Shown here in pieces: positions 8,392 to 16,295 of a stretch of 64,000 nt of DNA (its first letter is position 1; each line of letters begins with the position of its first letter). A model generated the notes under the pieces. That model was not told the DNA's origin. It did not search any database and saw nothing but the letters and a program-made list of their open reading frames with translations. The stretch comes from Thermoanaerobaculia bacterium (GTDB taxonomy: Bacteria > Acidobacteriota > Thermoanaerobaculia > Gp7-AA8), in assembly GCA_038230535.1 (NCBI GenBank), contig JBBRNB010000006.1:10531-74530 (forward strand), written 5' to 3'. The translations under genes and the position numbers were made by a program.

Positions 8392-9684
8392 CTACGGCGC
8401 CTTCGCCAGTAATTCGTCGAGTTTCTGGAGTTGGCCGGTCATCGAGTCCACCATCCACGATGGTGCCGTCCTGGCGATGTTCTCGCGCAATTTGTCCGCT
8501 TCGTCCTTCTGGCCGCTGCCGGCAAGTGCCTCGACGAGGGACGCCGTAACCCAGAAGGTCTCTTCCGGGTCATGTTTTCCGTCGTCAACTTTGATGCCGG
8601 AAGCGAGCATCGCCCGGGCGATGTCGATGACGCGGCGACGGATGCGCTCGGCCTGCACCACGTCCGCGTTCGCCTCCCGCGGATCGGCGGTATTGGCGGC
8701 GCGTACGTTGAGCATGAAGGCGAGATTGATCCCGTTGTAGTAGTCGTTCTTGACGTAGAAGCCTTTCTCGTAAGCCCAGATCGACTCCTCGAGGTCCGCG
8801 GCTTCGCCTCTCAGTTCGAACAGCCGCTTGTGAATCGCGCCCCAGAGGCCGAGCGTTTCGGGATCGGTGGTCGTGCGTGGGTGCAGCTCTTCGAGAATCT
8901 TGCGGGCCTCGAGGAGCGCCGTGACGGGATCCGGCTTCTTGCTTTTGTACGTCGCGAGCGCGAGTTGCTGCCGGAAGAATGCGTCGTTGGGACGCTTCTC
9001 GACCAGGCGTCTCAGAGAGCGCACGGCCGAGCTCCACTCCGAGTCCGCCTTTGCCTCGCGATACATGGTCATCAACTCGCTGATGCTGTCGTCCGGGACA
9101 GAGGCGGGGGTAGCGGCCGCCACAGCGAACGACTTGCCCGAGTCGGCCACCGCGGTAGCCTCGAGAACCGGCGCCACGCCCGCATTCCAGGCGCGCAGTC
9201 TCGGCAGGAACGTGTAGATGGGGCTGTCAATGTCGGGGTTCGCGAGTAATTTGTGGATCGCGTCCTTCAACTCCGCACGGACGGTCTCGGCATGCTCGGC
9301 ATCGATCCCTTTGCCGAGGTGCTCGTAAGGGCGGATCACGATATGCGAAAGGTCGAACGGAAACTTGAACTGCGATTCCGCCATGATGATGGTGGTGTGC
9401 GGGCGGAGCGCGTGGCGTACGCCGAGCTCATAGATCGCATTCGGATTGGCGGTGGAAATGTCGGCGACGACGATGTCGGCGGTGAGCAGCAACTCGTACA
9501 TCGGCACGTCGATCAGCCCGGAGTGCTTGATGTCGTCGGCCCGGATACATTCGAGTCCCGCCTCTTCGACCGCTTTCCTGATGATGATGCGATAGGTCTT
9601 ATCGAGATCGAGGGTGCGCCCGGTGGCGAGGTCCGTCTTCTCGCCGAACCCCATCACGACGAAGCATTTCTTTTTTTCATCCAT
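8392..9684 (-). CDS. hypothetical protein: N-terminal Rossmann-like domain resembling nucleoside 2-deoxyribosyltransferase/TIR-like folds, plus a C-terminal TPR-like helical region (tentatively DUF4071/ASK1-N-terminal-like)
   Basis: N-terminus KKKCFVVMGFG...ADIVVADISTANPNAIYELGVRHALRPHTTIIM parallels the D(S/T)G..FE.G.A.ALGKP core of nucleoside deoxyribosyltransferase-like domains. The C-terminal 250 aa are helical and repeat-like. The track ORF starts at a TTG at 9696; the first ATG is at 9684. Confidence 0.6.
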   Translation of the reverse strand: MDEKKKCFVVMGFGEKTDLATGRTLDLDKTYRIIIRKAVEEAGLECIRADDIKHSGLIDVPMYELLLTADIVVADISTANPNAIYELGVRHALRPHTTIIMAESQFKFPFDLSHIVIRPYEHLGKGIDAEHAETVRAELKDAIHKLLANPDIDSPIYTFLPRLRAWNAGVAPVLEATAVADSGKSFAVAAATPASVPDDSISELMTMYREAKADSEWSSAVRSLRRLVEKRPNDAFFRQQLALATYKSKKPDPVTALLEARKILEELHPRTTTDPETLGLWGAIHKRLFELRGEAADLEESIWAYEKGFYVKNDYYNGINLAFMLNVRAANTADPREANADVVQAERIRRRVIDIARAMLASGIKVDDGKHDPEETFWVTASLVEALAGSGQKDEADKLRENIARTAPSWMVDSMTGQLQKLDELLAKAP

Positions 9685-9795
9685 GTGATCCGGCAATGTA
9701 GCCTCAGGATGGAGTTAAGTCCAGCGACGGAGGTTGAGGAGAACGCTTCATTGATGACTGGCAAAAATTGCCGAACTGCGTTGTCAGCGGCAGAG

Positions 9796-10068
9796 GCGAT
9801 GCCTAAATGCTAGGGATCGATGCCTATTAACTAGGGATCGATGCCTAAGGATTAGGAATCGATGCCTATGAATTAGGGCTTGATGCCTGAAAGTTAGGAA
9901 TCGATGCCTAGTACTTAGAGATCGATGCCTAGGAGATAGGGATCGATGGCTAAAAGTCAGGGATCGATGCCTGTTAGATAGGAGTTGATCCCTAAAAGTT
10001 AGGGGTCGATGCCTAAGAGATAGACATCGATCTAGAAATCATGGATCGATCCCGGATCGATATTTGAG
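9796..10068. repeat. AT-rich tandem array, about 12 copies of a 21-bp period (16-bp core TAGGGATCGATGCCTA plus a roughly 5-nt variable spacer); iteron-like
   Basis: Read directly: TAGGGATCGATGCCTAttaac TAGGGATCGATGCCTAaggat TAGGAATCGATGCCTAtgaat ... The last copy is the perfect palindrome GGATCGATCC. Every unit contains GATC. Local GC is far below the window average. Lies 110-380 bp upstream of the start of the 8392-9684 gene. Confidence 0.85.
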
Positions 10069-10124
10069 ACTCACAGACGTGCGGCATCTCCTTCAGCCGT
10101 CTTGACCGGAGCGGTGGCCGCGTC

Positions 10125-10640
10125 GTGCCGCTCCGGCAGAACGCCGGCGATGATGGCGCGTTCATTTATGTTCCGAAGGCGCTGGATGCCAGCGTCGACA
10201 TGGAGCTGCGCGTGCGCGATCTTTCACGCGACAACAAAGGGCTCGGCAGCGAGGTCCCGATCGTGCCTGCGACGGCCTTCAGTAACCCCGTCCGGCTCAT
10301 CGACATCCCGAACGATCCGCGCTTCCGAGTCTCTCTCCGCGTCTACGGCGCTACGAGTACGAGTCCGGTCCCCATTCACTATCGAGTGCTGTCTGGCGGC
10401 TCAAACTCCATCGTGGCAGCAGGGGATGCGGCGCTGTCGATCTACCCGTTCGTCGGAGACCTGCCGGTGAATCCTTCGTATGCCCAGCTCGACCCGATGA
10501 GCAACGCGGTCCGGGCCTCGAGCGAGACCAGTCTCCGGATCGAAGTATCGACGCCAGGGTCGCAAACGCCACTCTGGGCGATGGCGTCGATCACGAACAG
10601 CGATACGCAACAGGTAACGATCATCTCGCCGCGACGGTAG
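10125..10640 (+). CDS. hypothetical protein (no recognisable domain)
   Basis: 171-aa ORF with host-like codon usage, beginning right after the AT-rich array. No signal peptide and no motif recognised. Confidence 0.4.
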   Translation: MPLRQNAGDDGAFIYVPKALDASVDMELRVRDLSRDNKGLGSEVPIVPATAFSNPVRLIDIPNDPRFRVSLRVYGATSTSPVPIHYRVLSGGSNSIVAAGDAALSIYPFVGDLPVNPSYAQLDPMSNAVRASSETSLRIEVSTPGSQTPLWAMASITNSDTQQVTIISPRR

Positions 10641-10723
10641 CCGAGAGACATCGATGATGGACAACCCTTGGAGACCGCCCTTCGAGGATCGACCTGTGCC
10701 AGAATCACACCCCGGAGGATGCC

Positions 10724-10921
10724 ATGGGCCAGGACGAAGAAGAAGACAAGACGATCTATAAGGCCGTGCTCAACCACGAGGAGCAGTACTCAATCTGGCC
10801 GGCGGATCGTGAGAATCCGCTCGGATGGACCGACGCCGGGAAGAGCGGTACCAAGGCCGAGGTCCTCGACTACATCAAGGAAGTGTGGACTGATATGCGT
10901 CCTCTGAGCGTTCGGAAATAG
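10724..10921 (+). CDS. MbtH-like protein
   Basis: [19 protein letters not shown]...[13 protein letters not shown] is the MbtH family signature. GGAGGA RBS before the ATG at 10724. Confidence 0.9.
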   Translation: MGQDEEEDKTIYKAVLNHEEQYSIWPADRENPLGWTDAGKSGTKAEVLDYIKEVWTDMRPLSVRK

Positions 10922-10924
10922 ATG

Positions 10925-11050
10925 AATGAGATGGGGTAGGCAGAAAGCAGAAAGCAGAAAGCAGAAAGCAGAAATGCTGCGCTACGCCCCACGTTTCGGC
11001 GTAGCGCAGCATTTCTGCCTTCTGCTTTCTGCCTTCTGCTTTCTGCTTTC
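10925..11050. repeat. hairpin element with (GCAGAAA)n / (TTTCTGC)n arms; convergent terminator between the MbtH gene and the 11051-11941 gene
   Basis: GCAGAAAGCAGAAAGCAGAAAGCAGAAAGCAGAAATGCTGCGCTACGCC-loop-GGCGTAGCGCAGCATTTCTGCCTTCTGCTTTCTGC... Confidence 0.8.
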
Positions 11051-11941
11051 TCAACCCCTCTCTAACTCCGCCCGATCCCAACCACCCGCGGCGGCGGCGG
11101 CGGCGTAGGTAGACTGGCAGAAGCGGAGGAGGGCATCCTCCGGGTCGGACGACATGCGGACGGCCTCATACGGGAGGACGTACTCGGAGAAGGCGTCGCT
11201 GTAGAAAGCTTCCGCCGGTTCGACGCGGGCGTCCTTGAAGCCGGCCGGCTGCGGGGCGGCGTAGGCGTAGAACGCCGGCGCGGGGAAGGCGCCGCCGCCG
11301 GGCCACCATCCGCAACTGCTGACCTCGTGTGAGTAAGCTTCGCGCGTGATCGGATCGGCGTTCGGATTGTCCGGGGCGCGGCGGCCGGAGAAGCGGGTGA
11401 CGGCCATGTCGAAGCTGCCCCAGAAGAAGTGTACGGGGCTGCTCTTGCCGATGAACGACGCGCGGAACTGGTTCAACAGGCGGTCGGTGAAAATCAGGAT
11501 GCGCCGGAAGCGTTCGACGGCGTCTCGGTCGTATGATGTGTGCTCATGGTCTTCGGCGAACGGAATCGGGTTGTCGATCTCGACCGGGACCGGCCAGATC
11601 TTGACGTCGATGCCGCACTCATGGAGACGCGCCATCGTCTCGGCGTAGAAATCGGCGACGGAGCGAGGGACGAGCGGCACCCGTCCGTGGCGGCCGTCGC
11701 TGCAGCGGATGACGAGTTGGTGATCGATGAAGTCGAATTCGCAGTCGAAGACGCGGCCGCGATACGGGATCGCCGATGTGGTCAGGCCCCTCGCGCTGAC
11801 GTAGAGCGCAGTGTCCCACCAGTGGTTCACCCGAGGAGCGAGAGCGAGGCGGACCTTGCCGGCGATCTGCGTCCACATGTGCAGAGTGTCGCAGGTCGGC
11901 TTCCAATCTGGCAGCGGCAGGGGATCAAGATCGTTGATCAT
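11051..11941 (-). CDS. conserved hypothetical protein (possibly DUF5996-like; family assignment uncertain)
   Basis: 296-aa ORF with ATG at 11941 (MINDLDPLPLPDWKPTCDTLHMWTQIAGKVRL...). No catalytic motif recognised. Confidence 0.65.
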   Translation of the reverse strand: MINDLDPLPLPDWKPTCDTLHMWTQIAGKVRLALAPRVNHWWDTALYVSARGLTTSAIPYRGRVFDCEFDFIDHQLVIRCSDGRHGRVPLVPRSVADFYAETMARLHECGIDVKIWPVPVEIDNPIPFAEDHEHTSYDRDAVERFRRILIFTDRLLNQFRASFIGKSSPVHFFWGSFDMAVTRFSGRRAPDNPNADPITREAYSHEVSSCGWWPGGGAFPAPAFYAYAAPQPAGFKDARVEPAEAFYSDAFSEYVLPYEAVRMSSDPEDALLRFCQSTYAAAAAAGGWDRAELERG

Positions 11942-12013
11942 GGGAAAGATTATGAACCTGGCAGAGCGATTGCGATGATAGGAGACAGCAGTGAACGGCC
12001 CAAAGGAGGCAAC

Positions 12014-13045
12014 ATGAACAGCACAAAGAGGTTAGCAGCGCAGATGGCCGGAGTGGTTGCGATTGCGACTCTCTTCGGAACGTCCGCTTTTGCGGACAGT
12101 CGTCACTCAGATGCGACGGAGCGCGATCGTTCCCACCATTCCGACAGGGGCGACAGCCGCGACAACGGCAGACATTCGAATGACCGGCGCGACAACAACA
12201 GCAATCAGTCGCAGACCTTTGAACGGCGCGATTTCCGGGGAAGTGCGCCGCAGACGTTCGAACGGCGCGATGTCCGGGGAAGTGCGCCGCAGACGTTCGA
12301 ACGGCGCGATTTCCGGGGAAGTGCGCCGCAGACCTTTGAACAGCGCGATATCCAGAGAAGCGCGACGCAGACGTTCGAGCGGCGCGATGTCCGCGATAAC
12401 GGGACGCGGTCGTTTGACCGCCGCGAACCCGCCAACAACTTCCGGAATGAGAGCCGCTCGCAGGCCGGGAACTTCCGCGGCAACGAGCGCTGGCAGGGTT
12501 CCCGGGATGACAACCGTTGGCAGGGTTCCCGGAATGACCGCCGGGAGGGCTCTCGAAATGAGCGTCCGTCGTTCGACGATCGTGGCCGCCGCAGCTCGTT
12601 CGTCGAGGGACGGGTCAAGCGCTTCGAACACGAACGGGGTGGTTTCCGCGTGTGGGTCGACGGCGGCCGTTTCCCGGTCTGGATTCCTGAAGCGCGCATC
12701 AATCTCTTCCCCCACCTGCGCGTCGGCGTGTCGCTCCGCTTTGGCGGCTACTACGATCCAGCCGGCTATCTCGATGCGTATGACTACTACGGCGGCCCGG
12801 CGTATGCCGGCGCGCCTGTCTACAGCTCCGGCTACCTGCGGGGAACCGTGGAGACTGTCGACTTTCGCCGCGGCACGCTGGTCATTCGCGATGAGACTTC
12901 CGGCGCCTTCGTAACGGCGGTCATCCGCGACCGCAGTCTGGAAACCCTGCGGCCCGGCGACTACGCCGAGATCGCCGGCGACTGGACCCGCAGCGGTCTC
13001 TTCGAAGGACTGCGTCTCGAAGATGTGCAAGGTGGGCGGTACTGA
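12014..13045 (+). CDS. secreted low-complexity protein with 5 tandem 13-aa repeats (QTFERRDFRGSAP) and a C-terminal globular domain
   Basis: AAAGGAGG RBS and ATG at 12014. Signal peptide MNSTKRLAAQMAGVVAIATLFGTSAFA. 39-bp nucleotide repeats at about 12200-12400. The upstream part of the track ORF is antisense to the neighbouring gene. Confidence 0.7.
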   Translation: MNSTKRLAAQMAGVVAIATLFGTSAFADSRHSDATERDRSHHSDRGDSRDNGRHSNDRRDNNSNQSQTFERRDFRGSAPQTFERRDVRGSAPQTFERRDFRGSAPQTFEQRDIQRSATQTFERRDVRDNGTRSFDRREPANNFRNESRSQAGNFRGNERWQGSRDDNRWQGSRNDRREGSRNERPSFDDRGRRSSFVEGRVKRFEHERGGFRVWVDGGRFPVWIPEARINLFPHLRVGVSLRFGGYYDPAGYLDAYDYYGGPAYAGAPVYSSGYLRGTVETVDFRRGTLVIRDETSGAFVTAVIRDRSLETLRPGDYAEIAGDWTRSGLFEGLRLEDVQGGRY

Positions 13046-13094
13046 GGGTAGTCGTATCGCTTAGATGCGAAGGCCGCCTGTGGTTTGGGCGGCC

Positions 13095-13230
13095 TTTGTG
13101 TTTTGCGGTCTCGCGGGGTGCTGGGTCTCGCGGTCTCGGGGTTGCCTGGTTGCTGGGTTGTAGGGTTGGTTCAACATCTCTCCGACAACCACGCAACCCT
13201 GCTACCGAGCAACTCCGCAACCTCGCAACC
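13095..13230. repeat. hairpin element of the GTTGCTGGGTTG / CAACCCAGCAAC family
   Basis: GGTCTCGCGG-containing loop flanked by CTGGGTTGC-type units and their complements (GCAACCCTGCTACCGAGCAACTCCGCAACC). Confidence 0.7.
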
Positions 13231-13305
13231 GCAACAGTGAGCACCATCACGCCCTCCCGTCGAAATTGCGGTAAAGTTGATTCCTTACACAACCCACAGG
13301 AGAAA

Positions 13306-14010
13306 ATGATGCGCAAAGTACTGTTCGTGATTGCTTCACTCACGTTGTTCGTCTCCTCAGCCTTCGCAGCGAAGCCTGTTCTCGCTGTCGCTGAGTTCCG
13401 GAACGACACTTCGGCTGGCTGGTGGTCGTCCGACGTTGGCAGTGATCTGGCCGGAATGCTCACCAATGAGCTGGCCGGTACCGAGAAGTTCAAGCTCGTG
13501 GAACGCCACAAGCTCAATTCAGTCCTCGACGAGCAGGATCTCGCCACCTCGGGACGCGTCAAGAAGTCGACCGGCGCCAAGCTCGGCCAGATGACCGGCG
13601 CGCAGTATGTCGTCGTGGCCACCGTCAGCGCCTTCGATTCGAAGACGCGCGACACCGGCGGTGGCATCAGCTTCCACGGGATCGGCCTCGGCGCCAAGCA
13701 GGAAGAGGCGTACATCGCCGTCGACCTGCGCGTCATCGACACCACCACCGGTGAGATCGAGTTCACGCGCACCGTCGAGGCCCGCTCCACCGGCGGCGGC
13801 GTCGGCGTCAGCGTCTACCGCGGTGGTTTCGGCGGCCACCTCTCGAACTACGAGAAGACCCCGACCGGCAAAGCCATCCGCGCCGTCATCATGGAGATCT
13901 CCGACTACCTCGGATGTGCCATGGTCGACAAGGACTCCTGCCTGGACGAGTACAAGGCCAAGGAACAGAACCGGCGGGCAAAGGACAAGAAGTCGATCAA
14001 GCTGGACTGA
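13306..14010 (+). CDS. CsgG-family lipoprotein (curli production assembly/transport component-like)
   Basis: Signal peptide. KFKLVERHKLNSVLDEQDL...GAQYVVVATVSAFDSKTRDTGGGISFHGIGLGAKQEEAYIAVDLRVIDTTTGEIE aligns with the CsgG core. ATG at 13306 with a GGAG RBS. Confidence 0.8.
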   Translation: MMRKVLFVIASLTLFVSSAFAAKPVLAVAEFRNDTSAGWWSSDVGSDLAGMLTNELAGTEKFKLVERHKLNSVLDEQDLATSGRVKKSTGAKLGQMTGAQYVVVATVSAFDSKTRDTGGGISFHGIGLGAKQEEAYIAVDLRVIDTTTGEIEFTRTVEARSTGGGVGVSVYRGGFGGHLSNYEKTPTGKAIRAVIMEISDYLGCAMVDKDSCLDEYKAKEQNRRAKDKKSIKLD

Positions 14011-14031
14011 TTCCAAGTCGACTGCCGACGT

Positions 14032-14064
14032 AAAAAGCGCCGCTGTTCGCAGCGGCGCTTTTGT
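14032..14064. terminator. bidirectional Rho-independent terminator
   Basis: AAAAAGCGCCGCTG-TTCG-CAGCGGCGCTTTTGTG: a perfect 10-bp GC-rich stem flanked by an A-tract and a T-tract. Confidence 0.85.
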
Positions 14065-14072
14065 GCGTGGCG

Positions 14073-14240
14073 TGTCAGTGGATCAGTAGGTCAGTGGATC
14101 AGTGGATCAGGAACATGCTGGTCGTTGGGTCCTGATCCTGATTCTCTGGTCAACTCATCAAGTCGTTGTTTCGATCAGAAACGAGAGGTCTTCTGATCCT
14201 GATCCACTGATCCACGAACCACCGATCCACTCACTGAATC
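14073..14240. repeat. hairpin element of the GATCAGTG / CACTGATC family
   Basis: GTCAGTGGATCAGTAGGTCAGTGGATCAGTGGATCAGG...loop...CTGATCCTGATCCACTGATCCACGAACCACCGATCCACTCACTG. Confidence 0.8.
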
Positions 14241-15673
14241 TCGATCCCGCCGTTCGTCGTCTGGAGTTGCATGCGGCAGGCGCCGTTGCCGATCGTCCCG
14301 GCGAGCGAGTGTTCGGACTTTGACGTCATCGTGATCGGAATGGCGGTCATGATCGAGCCGAAGCTGGTTCGGGCGTCGACCTGGTAGCCGCCGCTGCGCG
14401 GGACATCGAGCTTGATCGGGGCGAAGCTGGTCTTCAGGTTGATGCCGGCGCACGCGCCGCGAAGGTCGGAGACGGAGATCGAGCCGTTCGCATTCTCGAC
14501 CGTGACGCGGCCGGCGATCGTCTTCAGCAGGACCGGGGCGAAGGTGGTGTGTACGCGCACGCCGCCCGAGACGTCGGTGGCCGTGACGCCGCCGTTGGCG
14601 TTGTCGACGTCGAGTATGCCTTTGATCAATTCGGCGCGGACCAGGCCAAACCTCGCCTGGATGTTCAGATTGCCGCGGATGTCGAGAGCCGTCACGTTGC
14701 CGTTTGCGTTCGTGATCTTTGACGGCCCGCCAATGTCGTGTACGGAGATGGCATCGAAGCTCCCGGTGATCGTGGCGCTTCCGCCGACGTGCGAGCCTTC
14801 GATGCTTCCGTTCTGCACGATCACTATGAGATCGCGGCCGATATTGACGAACTGAGTAGAGGCGAAGGAGTTCTTGATCGAGGCGCGGCCTTTGATGTCT
14901 CGCACATCGACGCGGCCATTCTGGTTACTCAGATCGAGGTCGCCGGAGACGTTCGCGACGGTGACGCTGGCGAAGGTGTTTACGATCGAAGCGTTACCCG
15001 TCACGTCGCGCACATCGACCGAGCCGTTGCCGTTGTGGATGGTGAGGTTGTGCGCGTCGTTCACATTGACGGAGCCAAAGCGGTTCGTGATGCCGAGGTT
15101 GCCGTCTACGTTGACGGCGCTAACCGACCCGTTGGCGTTCTGTACGGTCGTGTCGCCCGCGCTGTTCTCGACCGTGATCGAGCCGAAGGAGTTCTCCACA
15201 GTCTGCGTTCCGCGGCTGTCCTTCAGTACGATCGAGCCCTGTGCATTCACGATCTCGCCCGCCGCGCGAGTGCCGGAGACGTCGATACTGCCGAAGCGGT
15301 TGTGAACGGTGAGGGGTGCGCTGGCAGGCATCGTCACGTCGATGTCGACGGAGTAGGAGAAGGAGAAGTGTCCGCGAAAGTGCATCTCCGGATATTCAGT
15401 CTTGATGGTGACGCCGTTCGCTGACGACTCGGAGACGGAGATGGTGATGGCCTTTCCGATCTCGGCATCCGAGGCGCGGATCAGCGCGCGCACGCGGACG
15501 TCATTGCCGCTCACTGCGTGTACCGTGACGGCACCGTAGGAATGGTCGATGGAGATGCGGCCGCCCTGATACGTCTGCGTTCGGCTGAACGTGCGCTCGA
15601 AGCGTTCGGTGCAGAGTGCCGGCGCCGCCACGAACAGCAGCGCCGCGGCAAGCCATTTATTGATTCGAAGCAT
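14231..15673 (-). CDS. DUF4097/DUF4098 beta-helical repeat protein (putative adhesin; LiaG-like envelope-stress module)
   Basis: Signal peptide followed by many G(S/N)(V/I)xVxxxxG repeat units (NGSVDVRDVTGNASIVNTFASVTV...). Last gene of the sigma/anti-sigma operon. Confidence 0.8.
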   Translation of the reverse strand: MLRINKWLAAALLFVAAPALCTERFERTFSRTQTYQGGRISIDHSYGAVTVHAVSGNDVRVRALIRASDAEIGKAITISVSESSANGVTIKTEYPEMHFRGHFSFSYSVDIDVTMPASAPLTVHNRFGSIDVSGTRAAGEIVNAQGSIVLKDSRGTQTVENSFGSITVENSAGDTTVQNANGSVSAVNVDGNLGITNRFGSVNVNDAHNLTIHNGNGSVDVRDVTGNASIVNTFASVTVANVSGDLDLSNQNGRVDVRDIKGRASIKNSFASTQFVNIGRDLIVIVQNGSIEGSHVGGSATITGSFDAISVHDIGGPSKITNANGNVTALDIRGNLNIQARFGLVRAELIKGILDVDNANGGVTATDVSGGVRVHTTFAPVLLKTIAGRVTVENANGSISVSDLRGACAGINLKTSFAPIKLDVPRSGGYQVDARTSFGSIMTAIPITMTSKSEHSLAGTIGNGACRMQLQTTNGGIEIQ

Positions 15674-16295
15674 GGTGGTTCTCCTCTCGCAGAACGTCCT
15701 GCAGCGTCCGCTGTTTTTCCGAGTACATGGTCAGCAGTTGCGCGCGGAGGTATGCGTTCTGGCGGTTTTTTTGAATAACGCTTTGGCACTCGGCGATGGC
15801 GTCGTCGAGCATCATCAGTTTCTCTTTGTAGCTGACCATTAGCGGTGTGGACGGCTGGCCGAGCTTCGGGGATGCGAGTGATTCCAGGTGGTCGATGGCA
15901 ACCATGTGCGCCTTCTCCGCGCGGTCGACCTCATCAATGGTGCTCTCCTTGATGAGGGCTTCGTCGAACGCCGTGGCGTGCATGCGTCGCTGGGCGATCC
16001 AGGCGGTCACACCTAGTGCGATGAGCAGGAAGAGGGCAGCGGCGATCTGCCACGCGCGCGTCCGCGTGTGGCGCTTTTCGTTCCGAATGGCCCGGATGCC
16101 GTTTTCGATGCGCGGCCACAGCAGGTCGTTGTTCCATGTCGTGCGAAGGTCGCGCGCCGTGGCCGAGATCTCATTCCACTCCGCGAGCTTCTGCATGCAT
16201 TCGTCGCACGACTGCGCATGCCGGGCGGCGAGCTCGAGCGAAAAGCGGCCGCCTTCGAGAAGGAGATCGTCGAGTTGATTGCAACTGATGTTCAT
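15657..16295 (-). CDS. anti-sigma factor (zf-HC2 type, single TM)
   Basis: N-terminal CNQLDDLL...HAQSCDECMQKL zinc-finger-like motif and a central hydrophobic helix. ATG at 16295 overlaps the sigma-factor stop (ATGA). The track ORF start is a GTG at 16343. Confidence 0.75.
   Translation of the reverse strand: MNISCNQLDDLLLEGGRFSLELAARHAQSCDECMQKLAEWNEISATARDLRTTWNNDLLWPRIENGIRAIRNEKRHTRTRAWQIAAALFLLIALGVTAWIAQRRMHATAFDEALIKESTIDEVDRAEKAHMVAIDHLESLASPKLGQPSTPLMVSYKEKLMMLDDAIAECQSVIQKNRQNAYLRAQLLTMYSEKQRTLQDVLREENHHASNQ

Noticed and set aside
7126-8412. 428-aa plus-strand ORF (also 8431-9249 and 8585-9037)
   Set aside because: They are antisense to or overlapping the DUF4388 and Rossmann/TPR genes. 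Composition is biased (Arg/Ala/Gly) with no motifs.
9796-10068. Possible CRISPR array (regular repeats with variable spacers in an AT-rich region)
   Set aside because: Repeats are about 16 bp and spacers only about 5 nt, far below CRISPR dimensions. No cas genes are in the window. Scored instead as an iteron-like array.
10724-10921. MbtH-like gene as evidence of an NRPS biosynthetic cluster in this window
   Set aside because: No adenylation, condensation or thiolation-domain genes occur within the 64 kb. Treated as an orphan MbtH.
12107-13030. 307-aa minus-strand ORF and 12205-12702 ORF
   Set aside because: They are antisense to the secreted repeat protein and simply translate its 39-bp repeats. 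No RBS or signal features.
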